Below are positions 31,257 through 40,943 of a stretch of 64,000 nt of DNA, piece by piece. The first letter of the stretch is position 1; every line of letters starts with the position of its first letter. Origin of the DNA: an uncultured Bacillales bacterium (GTDB lineage: Bacteria > Bacillota_I > Bacilli_A > RF39 > UBA660); NCBI GenBank assembly GCA_947571655.1, contig CANOYR010000002.1, positions 44,212-108,211 on the forward strand, given 5' to 3'. The notes beneath the pieces were generated by a model. That model saw only the letters and a list, made by a program, of their open reading frames with translations. It was not told the origin of the DNA and made no database searches. Made by a program: the position numbers and the translations under genes.

Positions 31257-32201
31257 TCACCTCATTAAATAGGAGAAAATAATAGAACTTAGTTTTAAGC
31301 TATTATGTTTAATGGTTCCATCTTCTATCGTAATTAAGTCATCTTCTATTAGTTCTATATCCATTTCTTCTATATTTCTTTTATCTATTTTTATTGGTTG
31401 TTTCTGTTCTTTTTCGTATTTTTTTATCATTTCTGTTGATATTTCTTTATTATTTGCGATTACAATTTCTATTTTTCTTTTTCCTAAATTATTGTTTATT
31501 ATTGATAAGTAATGACTAACATAACTCTCTTCCGTTTCTCCAGGTTGATTCATAATGTTGCATAAATACATAAGAGGTGCCTTGGAATGATCAATTGCCT
31601 TAATCATCTCTTTACAGATTAAATGAGGAAGAATACTCGTATAAAGACTTCCCATACTTAAGATGATGATGTCTGCTTCTTGAATCGCTTCTTTTACTTC
31701 TTTTAGGATATGTGGAGATTCTTTGTATTTTATTTTCTTAAATAGTTTATAAGAGTTCATAATTTGTGATTGTCCTATAATTGTTTTTCCATCCATAGTT
31801 TCTGCTTCTAATGTTAAGTAGTCTTCTGATAGAGGAAGAACTTTATGTTTTATATCTAGTAATTTACTTAAATGTTCAATACTTTTTTTTAAGGAATTCG
31901 TCTGATTTACCATGGCTGTTAGCATTAGATTTCCTATTGGATGTCCATTTAAATCACTATAGGTATCAAAGCGATATTCCATGATATCTTTAATTTCTGG
32001 TGGTAATGGGGAAAGATTCGTTAATACTTTTCGAATATCTCCAACAGCGGGTGTTGAAAATTCTTCTCGCAGTTTACCTGTTGATTTTCCATTATCAGCA
32101 ACGGTAATAATCGCTGTAATTTCTACAGGAAAGTCTTTGAATTCTCGAAGTAGATGGGACATTCCTGTTCCACCACCTAAAACTACAACTTTTTTGCTCA
32201 T
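31257..32201 (-). CDS. yvcK: YvcK/CofD-like gluconeogenesis factor (UPF0052)
   Basis: MSKKVVVLGGGTGMSHLLREFK... characteristic N-terminus. Confidence 0.85.
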   Translation of the reverse strand: MSKKVVVLGGGTGMSHLLREFKDFPVEITAIITVADNGKSTGKLREEFSTPAVGDIRKVLTNLSPLPPEIKDIMEYRFDTYSDLNGHPIGNLMLTAMVNQTNSLKKSIEHLSKLLDIKHKVLPLSEDYLTLEAETMDGKTIIGQSQIMNSYKLFKKIKYKESPHILKEVKEAIQEADIIILSMGSLYTSILPHLICKEMIKAIDHSKAPLMYLCNIMNQPGETEESYVSHYLSIINNNLGKRKIEIVIANNKEISTEMIKKYEKEQKQPIKIDKRNIEEMDIELIEDDLITIEDGTIKHNSLKLSSIIFSYLMR

Positions 32202-32297
32202 AGAATCGCTTCCTTTCCTTAGGTTTCTGTTTAACTATATTTTTATTTTTTTCTTAGTATACCATAGATTGTATTGTTTTTTTCAAAAAGAGCTTTG

Positions 32298-32330
32298 ATT
32301 GAATTTCCAATAGAAAAAAGTTCTAGAAAC
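32298..32330 (-). terminator. rho-independent terminator at 3' end of the TPM-domain gene
   Basis: GTTCTAGA-GGTT-TCTAGAAC perfect 8-bp stem followed by TTTTTT on minus strand; the stem overlaps the stop codon. Confidence 0.55.
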
Positions 32331-33036
32331 CTCTAGAACTTCCTCCACCGCCTGAGAATCCTCCACCTCCAGAAAATCCTCCACCAAAAAAACTGTCTCC
32401 ACGATTAGAGGATCTTCTACCAAATGGGTTTCCTCCATAATAAAATCCACCAGTTCTTCTTCCATTTCTCCCAATGAAACTAATAATGATTGTGATCCAT
32501 TCTCCAATATCATTTTCTTCTTCTATTGGCTCATCGATATCTTCTGTATATTCGTAATAAGTAGCAATTTCTTTAAAGAAAGCCTTATAACCATTTAAGA
32601 TTCCTTCATCAAAATGATCTTCTTTGAAGTATGGAATCATATACTCATCTTGAAATCTTCCTGTTTTTCCATCTGGTAAAAGTCCTTCTAGTCCATATCC
32701 TACTTCTATTCTACTTTTTCTCTCCTCTAAAGAGATTAAGAGTAATAGTCCATTATTTTCATTTTTTGCTCCAATTCCAAATTTTCGAAACAATTCAGTT
32801 GCATAGGATTCTATGTCTTTTCTCTCTAGATTTTTCACAGTTACCACTACAATTTGTGCTCCTGTTTTTTCTTCGAGTTTTTTACTTTTTTCGATAATAT
32901 ATTGTTCATTCTTTTCAGATAAAACGTCTGCATAGTCATTGACATAGAATTCTTTTGTCGGGTTTACAATGGCTCTTACACTATCTGGTAGGATGAAAAA
33001 AGAAACTAGTAAACAGATTATGAATTTCTTTTTCAT
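32323..33036 (-). CDS. TPM-domain (TLP18.3/Psb32/MOLO-1) phosphatase-like protein with Gly-rich C-terminus
   Basis: Signal/TM N-terminus, TPM core, C-terminal GGGFSGGGG repeats; paired with LemA as commonly seen. Confidence 0.7.
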   Translation of the reverse strand: MKKKFIICLLVSFFILPDSVRAIVNPTKEFYVNDYADVLSEKNEQYIIEKSKKLEEKTGAQIVVVTVKNLERKDIESYATELFRKFGIGAKNENNGLLLLISLEERKSRIEVGYGLEGLLPDGKTGRFQDEYMIPYFKEDHFDEGILNGYKAFFKEIATYYEYTEDIDEPIEEENDIGEWITIIISFIGRNGRRTGGFYYGGNPFGRRSSNRGDSFFGGGFSGGGGFSGGGGSSRGF

Positions 33037-33038
33037 AT

Positions 33039-33602
33039 TTAAAATTCTACGTTTGGAACTTTTGTAGATCCTTCACTTGCTTCAAAGTATTCTTTTTGTT
33101 CATACCCAAACATTCCAGCGATGATATTCATCGGGAATTTTTTGATTGCTGTATTATAACTTTTCACAGCATCGTTATAATCTTTCCTAGCGACTGCAAT
33201 TCTATTTTCTGTTCCTGCAAGTTCATCGGATAATTGAATAAAATTTTCACTTGCTTTTAAATCTGGATAGTTTTCAACAACAACCATGAGAGCATCTAAT
33301 GATTTTGTTAATTCGTCGTTTGCTTTTACTTTGTCATCCATGTCTTTTGCTGCTAGAAGGTTTTCTCTTGCTTTTGTAATTTTATCGATAATTTCTGTTT
33401 CATGAGTTGTGTATCCCTTTACTGTGTTTACCAAATTTGGAATTAAATCGGCTCGTCTTTCTAGCATTACAGAAACGTTTGCAGATTTTGTATCTACATT
33501 TTCTGATTTTGTTACAATCGAGTTATAGCTTCCTCCAATTATCATCGCTAATACTAAAACTACTCCTAATATCGCAATAATGATTCCTGTTCCTTTTGAC
33601 AT
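33039..33602 (-). CDS. LemA family membrane protein
   Basis: N-terminal TM plus the conserved LemA region (MLERRADLIPNLVNTVKGY). Confidence 0.75.
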   Translation of the reverse strand: MSKGTGIIIAILGVVLVLAMIIGGSYNSIVTKSENVDTKSANVSVMLERRADLIPNLVNTVKGYTTHETEIIDKITKARENLLAAKDMDDKVKANDELTKSLDALMVVVENYPDLKASENFIQLSDELAGTENRIAVARKDYNDAVKSYNTAIKKFPMNIIAGMFGYEQKEYFEASEGSTKVPNVEF

Positions 33603-33686
33603 CTTTTCTCATCCTTTCTTATTCTAATTATAATATATTTTGGTCAACTTCAGTTTTTTTATTTGTATTTTTTATTTTTAGTTCTA

Positions 33687-34586
33687 TCAGTTACTATTTT
33701 TTATGATGTTTTCTGCTATAATTGCACCATCTGCACAGGCTGTTATGATTTGATATAGGTCTTTTTTAATACAATCTCCACCAGCATATAAGTTTTTAAT
33801 TTTTGTTTCAAATTTTTCATTTACTTCAATATAACCATTTTCATCCAAGAGTTTTAAGTCTTTACAAATATTAGTGGATGGTTCCTGTCCAATAAATTCA
33901 AAACATCCATCTACTTTGATTTCTTTTCCATCTTCTAATATTAATCCCTCTAGTTTTTCTTCTTTCTCAACAAATTCTACTACTTGGTTTTTGGTTACAA
34001 GTTGAATATTGGACATTGATTTTAGTTCCTCCATAAGGTTTTCTTCTGCTCGAAATTCATTTCTTCTATGAATTAATGTAACTTTAGAACACATTTTGGA
34101 TAGATAAATTGCCTCTTCAACGGCAGCTTTTCCTCCGCCAATCACAGCTACTTCTTTATTTTTGTATAGGGGGCCATCACAAATTGCACACCAACTGATT
34201 CCTTTTCCAGAAAGTTTTTGTTCATTTTTGATTCCTAATTTTTTTGGGGTTCTACCAAGTGCAAGAACTAGATTTTTACATTCTAGTTGATTGTTAATGG
34301 TATGTATTATAAACTTTTCCTTTTCTTTTTTGATACTTGTTACTTCTTCAAAAAGAAAGGGGACTTCTAAGTTATTTATTTGTTCATACATTTGAAAGGC
34401 AAGTTCAGGTCCTTCGATTTTAAGGATTCCTGGGTAATTTTCTATGGTTGCGGTTCTGGTAATTTGGCCACCAGGAGATTCTTTTTCAATTATCGCAACG
34501 TTTTTTCCAGCTCTTTTTAAATAGAGGGCTGTTGTCATTCCAGCCACTCCTCCTCCGATAATGATAGTGTCATATCTATCTTTCAT
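33687..34586 (-). CDS. trxB: thioredoxin-disulfide reductase
   Basis: FAD motif GGGVAGMT and redox-active CAIC. Confidence 0.85.
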   Translation of the reverse strand: MKDRYDTIIIGGGVAGMTTALYLKRAGKNVAIIEKESPGGQITRTATIENYPGILKIEGPELAFQMYEQINNLEVPFLFEEVTSIKKEKEKFIIHTINNQLECKNLVLALGRTPKKLGIKNEQKLSGKGISWCAICDGPLYKNKEVAVIGGGKAAVEEAIYLSKMCSKVTLIHRRNEFRAEENLMEELKSMSNIQLVTKNQVVEFVEKEEKLEGLILEDGKEIKVDGCFEFIGQEPSTNICKDLKLLDENGYIEVNEKFETKIKNLYAGGDCIKKDLYQIITACADGAIIAENIIKNSN

Positions 34587-34594
34587 AATTCCTC

Positions 34595-35407
34595 CTAAAA
34601 GAAAATTTCTTCTTTTTCTGTATCCTTGTAAAGATTATCAAATCTCGTACCTTTTTTACAGAAAAGAATGAGTAAAATTCCTAAAATAATTCCAATAATC
34701 GATACAATCTGTGCCATTCGAAATGGTCCAAGCATCAAGCTATCTTTCCTTGTTCCTTCAATAAATAGCCTTCCTAAAGAGTACCATGCTAGATAAACAC
34801 CAGATAACTGTCCTGTTTTTAAGTACTTATAATTTCTAATCATTAATAAGGCAAGGAATCCAGATGCACACCAAATTGATTCATAAAGAAAGGCAGGATG
34901 ACGATAAGCACCTTGAATGAACATTCCATCGATGATTGCCTTTGGAATTCCTAGACTTTGTAATCTCTCTAGGGAAGTTACTGCTCCATAGGCTTCTTGA
35001 TTAAAAAAATTTCCCCATCGTCCAATTGCTTGTCCAAGAATTAAACCGATGACAACAATATCTAATACTTTTAATATTTTGGCATTGTATTTTTTACAGT
35101 ATAGGGCGATAAATAGACTTCCAGTTAGAATTCCCCCATGGATTGCAAGTCCTCCATTCCATACCTCTAATATTTCTAATGGATACTTCTGATAGTATTC
35201 AAAGTTAAATGCTACATAATAAAGTCTTGCCCCAATTAGACCAAAGATTACTGTATAAAAGATTAAGTTAACAATGAAATCCTCATTAATCTTTTGTTTT
35301 TTGCATTCGCTTAAGATTACCCATACTCCAAAAAAAATTCCTAAAAAGATAAATACTGAATACCAATATATTTGTATAAATCCTAAATCTAATGCAATTC
35401 TATTCAT
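34595..35407 (-). CDS. lgt: prolipoprotein diacylglyceryl transferase
   Basis: Lgt signature and multi-TM profile. Confidence 0.85.
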   Translation of the reverse strand: MNRIALDLGFIQIYWYSVFIFLGIFFGVWVILSECKKQKINEDFIVNLIFYTVIFGLIGARLYYVAFNFEYYQKYPLEILEVWNGGLAIHGGILTGSLFIALYCKKYNAKILKVLDIVVIGLILGQAIGRWGNFFNQEAYGAVTSLERLQSLGIPKAIIDGMFIQGAYRHPAFLYESIWCASGFLALLMIRNYKYLKTGQLSGVYLAWYSLGRLFIEGTRKDSLMLGPFRMAQIVSIIGIILGILLILFCKKGTRFDNLYKDTEKEEIFF

Positions 35408-35825
35408 TTCTCTTTATTCTCCTCATAATTGGTTTTGTAATAATCACTTCTACTAATTGGTTCATTATGGATATTAAGATTGCTAGTAAAAAGGCAATAA
35501 AAATATTTGTAATTTGAAAATGTTTTTGAAGAATCCAATCCGTTAACTTTAATATGAATAAATTAATACACGGATAAAAGATTCCTATAGTAATACCTGT
35601 AATTGGAATGGTCAAGAAGAAGAGAATAGGCTTGATTGTTTTGTTTAATATAAAAATAATTAATGTTGCTAGTAATCCATATAAGTAGAGATGCTCATCA
35701 TCAATTTGAAAAGTATCAAAAAAGGTAGCAACAAATATTAATATTAGTGCATACCCTAGAATTTGCAAAGTCCACTCTATTAGACTTTCTATTCTCTGTC
35801 TTGTAATTTTCATTCTCTCACCCAA
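35400..35825 (-). CDS. small integral membrane protein (4 TM), function unknown
   Basis: Hydrophobic profile; lies between uvrA and lgt. Confidence 0.5.
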   Translation of the reverse strand: MGERMKITRQRIESLIEWTLQILGYALILIFVATFFDTFQIDDEHLYLYGLLATLIIFILNKTIKPILFFLTIPITGITIGIFYPCINLFILKLTDWILQKHFQITNIFIAFLLAILISIMNQLVEVIITKPIMRRIKRNE

Positions 35826-38645
35826 TTATTTTAATATTCTTTTCAAAAAACTTCCCGTTGCCGATTCTTTTACTTTGGCAATTTCTTCTGGAGTCCCAGT
35901 TGCCACTATGTTTCCACCAGAATCTCCACCTTCTGGTCCTAAATCGATTATATAGTCTGCACATTTTATTACATCTAAGTTATGTTCAATGATTACTACA
36001 GTATCTTTATTATCTACTATTTTATTAAATATTGCAAGTAATCTTTTAATGTCAGCAGAGTGAAGCCCTGTTGTCGGTTCGTCTAAAATATAGAGTGCTT
36101 TTCCTGTTGGCTTCTTTTGGAGTTCTTTGGCAAGCTTTACACGACCTGCTTCCCCACCAGATAAAGTGGTTGCACTTTGTCCTAATTTAATATATCCAAT
36201 TCCAACGTCTTCTAGAACTTGTAATTTATTTTTTATTTTGGGAACGTTTTCAAAGAATTCTAATGCTTCAGATACTCTCATGTCTAATACTTCTGCAATA
36301 TTTTTGTTTTTATACTTTATTTTTAAAGTTTCACTGTTATATCTAGTACCATGACATACTTCGCATGGAATATAGACATCTGGTAAGAAGTGCATCTCAA
36401 TTTTTTTAACACCATCTCCACGACAGGCTTCACAGCGTCCACCTTTTACATTAAAAGAGAATCTGTTTTTTTCAAATCCGTTCATTTTGGCTTCTTTGGT
36501 GTTGGTAAATAGTTCTCTAATTTCATCGAATACGCCAGTATAAGTTGCTGGATTACTTCTTGGAGTTCGTCCAATTGGATTTTGAGAAATTTCTATTACT
36601 TTGTCAATATGTTCTAATCCTAGAATTTTTTTATGTTTTCCAGGTTTTTCTTTACTTTTATAAACTTTTGAATAGGCTGCTCGACAAAGAATTTGATTAA
36701 CTAAAGTACTCTTTCCACTTCCAGATACCCCTGTTACACAAGTAAGGGTTCCTAGTGGAATTTTCACATCGATGTTTTTTAAGTTGTTCTCACTCGCTCC
36801 CTTGATTTCGATATATTTCTTATTACCTTTTCTTCTTGTTTTTGGGACCTCTATTTCTTCTTTTCCAGATAAGTATTTTCCTGTGATGCTGTTTTCGTTT
36901 TTCATTACTTCTTTTGGAGTTCCGGCAGCAACGATATATCCACCCTCACTTCCAGCTTTTGGCCCTACATCTACTAGAAAATCACTTGCAAGCATCGTAT
37001 CAGTATCATGTTCTACTACAATTAAAGTATTTCCTAAATCTCTCATTTCAAGTAGCGATTTAATTAACTTTTCGTTATCTCTTTGATGGAGTCCAATGCT
37101 CGGTTCATCTAATACATAAAGTACTCCTGTTAATTTTGATCCAATTTGGGTCGCTAGACGAATTCGTTGTGCTTCTCCACCAGATAATGTGCCAGCTGAT
37201 CGATTGAGTGTTAGATATTCTAATCCAACATTCTTTAGGAATAATAATCTCGATTGGATTTCTTTGATTAATAAATTGGAAATTTCCTGTTGAGATTTTG
37301 TTAGTTTTAATTGATTGAAAAATTCAATGATTTGTTTAATACTAAGGCTCGTTACTTCATGTATATTCTTTTTACCTACTAAAACGGACAAAACACTATC
37401 CTGTAATCTACTTCCATGACAGGTTTCGCATTCCGTTTCAATCATATAGTTTTCTAACCATTCACGAATCCATTCACTATTCGTTTCCATATATCTTCGT
37501 TCTAAATTATTGATAATCCCTTCGTAATAATCCTTCTGATTATACTGATTTCCACTTTTAGAACGATAGTTGAAATGAATGAGTTCATCACTTCCATAAA
37601 GAATATAGTTTTGCTCTTTTTTTGTAAGTTTTGAAAATGGCTTGTCCATATTAATTTTATAGTGCTTGCATAAACATTCTAAACGTTTGAAGTCCAAAGC
37701 CTCTGGATCATCTGTTAGTGTTTTAATCGCACCATTGTTTAGACTCTTTGTGCTATCTGGTACTACTAAATCAGGATCCATTTTTAGTTTAATTCCAAGC
37801 CCTTTGCAGTCGGTACATGCACCAAATGGAGCATTAAAGCTAAACATCCTAGGTTCTAGTTCTGGAAGAGAAAAATCACAGTAAGGGCATGCAAAATTTT
37901 CAGAAAATACGACTTCTTTATCTCCAATAAAGTCAATGACTACTTTTCCATGGGAAAGTTTGGTTGCTGTTTCAATTGATTCCATCAACCGTCCTCTACT
38001 ATCTTCTTTTAAAACAATTCGGTCGATAATCACATCAATGTTGTCTTTTTTATTTTTCTCTAAGGTTATTTCTTCTCCTAAATCATAAGTTTCTCCATTG
38101 ATTCGAACACGCACATAACCCTCTTTTCTTAAATCATCTAATAAGTCTTTGTGGATTCCTTTTTCTCCATGAACAACTGGTGCCATAATAATAATTTTCG
38201 TTCCTAACTCTTTTTCCATGATTTTATTTGCCATTTCTTCCACACTTTGAGAACTGATTGGAACTTGATGATTTGGACAATAAGGAGTTCCAATTCGTGC
38301 AAATAATAATCTTAAATAATCATAGATTTCCGTTACAGTCCCAACAGTTGAACGGGGATTTTTACTGGTTGTTTTTTGATCGATACTGATAGAGGGAGAG
38401 AGCCCTTCAATTGAATCGACATCCGGTTTTTCTGTTCCACCTAAAAACTGTCTGGCATAGGCAGATAAACTTTCTACATAGCGTCGTTGTCCTTCAGCAT
38501 ATATGGTATCAAAAGCAAGGGAGCTCTTTCCACTTCCTGATACTCCCGTCATTACAATTAGTTTATTTTTAGGGAGTTCTAAATTTACATTTTTTAGATT
38601 ATTTTCTCTTGCTCCCTTGACTATAATTTTATCCATAGTTATCAC
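35826..38645 (-). CDS. uvrA: excinuclease ABC subunit A
   Basis: 939 aa, two ABC ATPase modules with zinc fingers. Confidence 0.95.
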   Translation of the reverse strand: MITMDKIIVKGARENNLKNVNLELPKNKLIVMTGVSGSGKSSLAFDTIYAEGQRRYVESLSAYARQFLGGTEKPDVDSIEGLSPSISIDQKTTSKNPRSTVGTVTEIYDYLRLLFARIGTPYCPNHQVPISSQSVEEMANKIMEKELGTKIIIMAPVVHGEKGIHKDLLDDLRKEGYVRVRINGETYDLGEEITLEKNKKDNIDVIIDRIVLKEDSRGRLMESIETATKLSHGKVVIDFIGDKEVVFSENFACPYCDFSLPELEPRMFSFNAPFGACTDCKGLGIKLKMDPDLVVPDSTKSLNNGAIKTLTDDPEALDFKRLECLCKHYKINMDKPFSKLTKKEQNYILYGSDELIHFNYRSKSGNQYNQKDYYEGIINNLERRYMETNSEWIREWLENYMIETECETCHGSRLQDSVLSVLVGKKNIHEVTSLSIKQIIEFFNQLKLTKSQQEISNLLIKEIQSRLLFLKNVGLEYLTLNRSAGTLSGGEAQRIRLATQIGSKLTGVLYVLDEPSIGLHQRDNEKLIKSLLEMRDLGNTLIVVEHDTDTMLASDFLVDVGPKAGSEGGYIVAAGTPKEVMKNENSITGKYLSGKEEIEVPKTRRKGNKKYIEIKGASENNLKNIDVKIPLGTLTCVTGVSGSGKSTLVNQILCRAAYSKVYKSKEKPGKHKKILGLEHIDKVIEISQNPIGRTPRSNPATYTGVFDEIRELFTNTKEAKMNGFEKNRFSFNVKGGRCEACRGDGVKKIEMHFLPDVYIPCEVCHGTRYNSETLKIKYKNKNIAEVLDMRVSEALEFFENVPKIKNKLQVLEDVGIGYIKLGQSATTLSGGEAGRVKLAKELQKKPTGKALYILDEPTTGLHSADIKRLLAIFNKIVDNKDTVVIIEHNLDVIKCADYIIDLGPEGGDSGGNIVATGTPEEIAKVKESATGSFLKRILK

Positions 38646-38804
38646 CCGTTTTCTTATTATAACACAATTTTTTTATTTGTTTTGTGTTTTTCTATATGAA
38701 TATATCATACAAACATAAGTTCGTCAATTAGATTTTTAAAGATTATTATCACCTAAAAATTTTGGTTGGACCTTTTTTATAATTTTATTAATTAAATCTA
38801 ATTA

Positions 38805-38836
38805 CTAAAAAAAATACCAATATTTTGGTATTTTTT
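38805..38836. terminator. bidirectional terminator between uvrA region and the 213-aa gene
   Basis: ATACCAA-TATT-TTGGTAT perfect stem with flanking A7/T6 runs. Confidence 0.6.
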
Positions 38837-39476
38837 AATCTTGAGTTAGAGTTTTTTGATAATTGGTAGATGATTGACTCACGGTTTTGGATTTTGTTTC
38901 TTGTTCTATGAATTCTGTGATTACTGATTGTAGCTTTTCTACTTCTCTACAAACAGTAATTATATTTTGAGGATTTATTTCTGGATTTTCTTCTCTCATT
39001 TTATCCTGTAAAATATTTTTTAACTGCTCTTGATAGATAGTAATTTGTTCTTCTAATGTTTTATTCGTTGTGTTTATTGCTTCCTCTCCAATCATTATAT
39101 TACTTAACCCATTTGCTTCCTCTAATTCATCAATCAATCCTCCATTTTGAGGGGTGAATCCTATTTTTTCCTGGAGTTTTTCTAGTCTTTTTTGCTGTTT
39201 TTCTTGTTTGCTCTTCAATTCTTCTTTTTTTGATGAATCACTACTATAATCTGCTATCATTGATTCTAGAACTGTTTTTTTAAGAGAAGAGGCAGTTGTA
39301 AGATAGGCAAACAAATTATAGGTATCAACAACCCCAGCTTCTTTCATTTGTTCAAAGTTCACTGCAGTTCCTACTCGATATGGAGCAACTAAGTTTAAAA
39401 ATGCTTGGCGATCTATCATGTCCATTAATACTCTCTTTATGTACTCCCTAGTTAGTATTTCTTTTGCTTCTTGCAT
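38835..39476 (-). CDS. hypothetical coiled-coil protein (213 aa)
   Basis: ORF with RBS AAAGGAGGAG; Lys/Glu-rich predicted coiled-coil centre; no recognisable family. Confidence 0.5.
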   Translation of the reverse strand: MQEAKEILTREYIKRVLMDMIDRQAFLNLVAPYRVGTAVNFEQMKEAGVVDTYNLFAYLTTASSLKKTVLESMIADYSSDSSKKEELKSKQEKQQKRLEKLQEKIGFTPQNGGLIDELEEANGLSNIMIGEEAINTTNKTLEEQITIYQEQLKNILQDKMREENPEINPQNIITVCREVEKLQSVITEFIEQETKSKTVSQSSTNYQKTLTQD

Positions 39477-39579
39477 ACTTACTCCTCCTTTATTATCTTT
39501 ATTTTACTTATTTTTATTTCCTTATGTCAATAAAAGTTAAAATTTTTACCGTCAATTGTGTCAATAAAAAAACTACTTT

Positions 39580-39927
39580 TTAAGCAGCTTTTTTTAATAC
39601 TTTTTCATGTTTTTGTGTGTCTAGAACTTTTGCCTCTTCTAATCCTGTTCTTTCAATTATCTTTTCTACTTTATCACTACTGATTAACCATCCAATTTCA
39701 TTTTCTTTCATGTAAGAAGCAAGTGGGATAATTTTATTGATATTATGGTATTCGTAGGTCTTAATTGGTTCAAATTTCGCATTTTTTGCTTTTGATTTTT
39801 TCTCTAAGATTACCACCTTAGGTACAATTTGATTCTCATTGGTACTAGCATTTGGATTCACTGTATCCGCAAAACCGAAGAAAACTTTTTCTGTATCAAA
39901 GTAACTTGGTAGCTTTAAGTTTAACAT
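39580..39927 (-). CDS. hypothetical protein (115 aa)
   Basis: The ORF-track start at 39996 is the TTG of the promoter -35 TTGACA. The real start is most likely the internal ATG (MLNLKLPSYF...), preceded by RBS GAGGAGG. Confidence 0.5.
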   Translation of the reverse strand: MLNLKLPSYFDTEKVFFGFADTVNPNASTNENQIVPKVVILEKKSKAKNAKFEPIKTYEYHNINKIIPLASYMKENEIGWLISSDKVEKIIERTGLEEAKVLDTQKHEKVLKKAA

Positions 39928-39967
39928 AACAATTCCTCCTCTTTTTCCCTCATCAATTTCGTTGCTT

Positions 39968-39996
39968 ATTATATTAAAAATTGACGGTTTTGTCAA
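39968..39996 (-). promoter_or_regulatory. consensus sigma-A promoter TTGACA-17-TATAAT for the 115-aa gene
   Basis: Minus strand: TTGACAAAACCGTCAATTTTTAATATAAT. Confidence 0.6.
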
Positions 39997-40069
39997 GATT
40001 TTTTGCTACCTATCTTTATTTTTAACAAAAAAAGAAGAATTATTCTTTTCCTCGTAGTAAAAATTGTTA

Positions 40070-40933
40070 TTAGCGTTGACTTGTCTTATTTCTATCAAAT
40101 CTTTCTTTGAAACTACAATGCTTACATAATTCCTCTTGTGCCTTTCGATTATGGAATCCCTCAATTATTTTGATTGTTCGACTATTTTCTAAAATTGTTT
40201 CTAAATCACTTTTATAGATATTTCCTAGATTTATAATTCCTTCTCCATCTAAGCAACATGGAATGATTGTTCCGTCTGAAAGAATTGCAATTTGATCTTT
40301 TAATCCATGACAGTATCCTTCTTCTTGGTAATAATCATTTTCTAATCCTGGCCATAGAAATTGATTCTCTTTACTGATATAAATATTTTCCTTGATTTTA
40401 ATATTTTTTTCTTTTTTTATTTTTTCTATCGTCTCTATTGGTAAATGATAATAGTCTATTATTTGATTCACAATTTCTATAGATTTTTTATCCAAAATGT
40501 TGTTTTGGAGAGTCCAAAATCTGTAGGCAATCTTCTTATTTTGAGAAAGTGAATCAACAGCTTTTAAAATATCTTTTAAATAGTTTTTCTTTTGATTTTC
40601 ACTATGAAGAGAAATGTTGATTTGACGAATTCCTGGACTATTTACTAGAATTTCACGCATTTCATATAGAAATGTCCCATTTGTTGTGATTGTTACTTTT
40701 TTATGATATTGGTTGGAAAGAGTCAACAGTTCTTTTAAATTTGGATGAAGAAGTGGCTCTCCTTTTACATGAAGATAGAGATAATCTGTATAAGGGTTTA
40801 TTTTCTTTAATATTTCTTCAAATTCTATAGGTGTTATTTCTTTTTTTATTCTTTTTGTTTTACTACAAAAGGAACATGATAAATTGCAGGTATTGGTAAT
40901 TTCTATATAAATTCTTTTCCATCGTTTTTTCAT
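40070..40933 (-). CDS. radical SAM protein with C-terminal Cys-rich SPASM/twitch-like domain (287 aa)
   Basis: CNLSCSFC (Cx3Cx2C) near the N-terminus; C-terminal CHG...PCC...CKHC cluster. Confidence 0.65.
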   Translation of the reverse strand: MKKRWKRIYIEITNTCNLSCSFCSKTKRIKKEITPIEFEEILKKINPYTDYLYLHVKGEPLLHPNLKELLTLSNQYHKKVTITTNGTFLYEMREILVNSPGIRQINISLHSENQKKNYLKDILKAVDSLSQNKKIAYRFWTLQNNILDKKSIEIVNQIIDYYHLPIETIEKIKKEKNIKIKENIYISKENQFLWPGLENDYYQEEGYCHGLKDQIAILSDGTIIPCCLDGEGIINLGNIYKSDLETILENSRTIKIIEGFHNRKAQEELCKHCSFKERFDRNKTSQR

Positions 40934-40943
40934 AAAAATCCTA

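Noticed and set aside
39524-39996. Shared ACCGTCAATT / TTGACA motifs upstream of the 115-aa and 213-aa genes as a dedicated regulator operator
   Set aside because: The motifs coincide with consensus -35 hexamers (TTGACA) of sigma-A promoters with correct spacing to -10 elements; the promoter explanation is sufficient.
39928-39996. ORF-track N-terminal extension of the 138-aa ORF starting at 39996
   Set aside because: That start codon is the TTG of the promoter -35 TTGACA. The internal ATG with RBS GAGGAGG is the plausible start.
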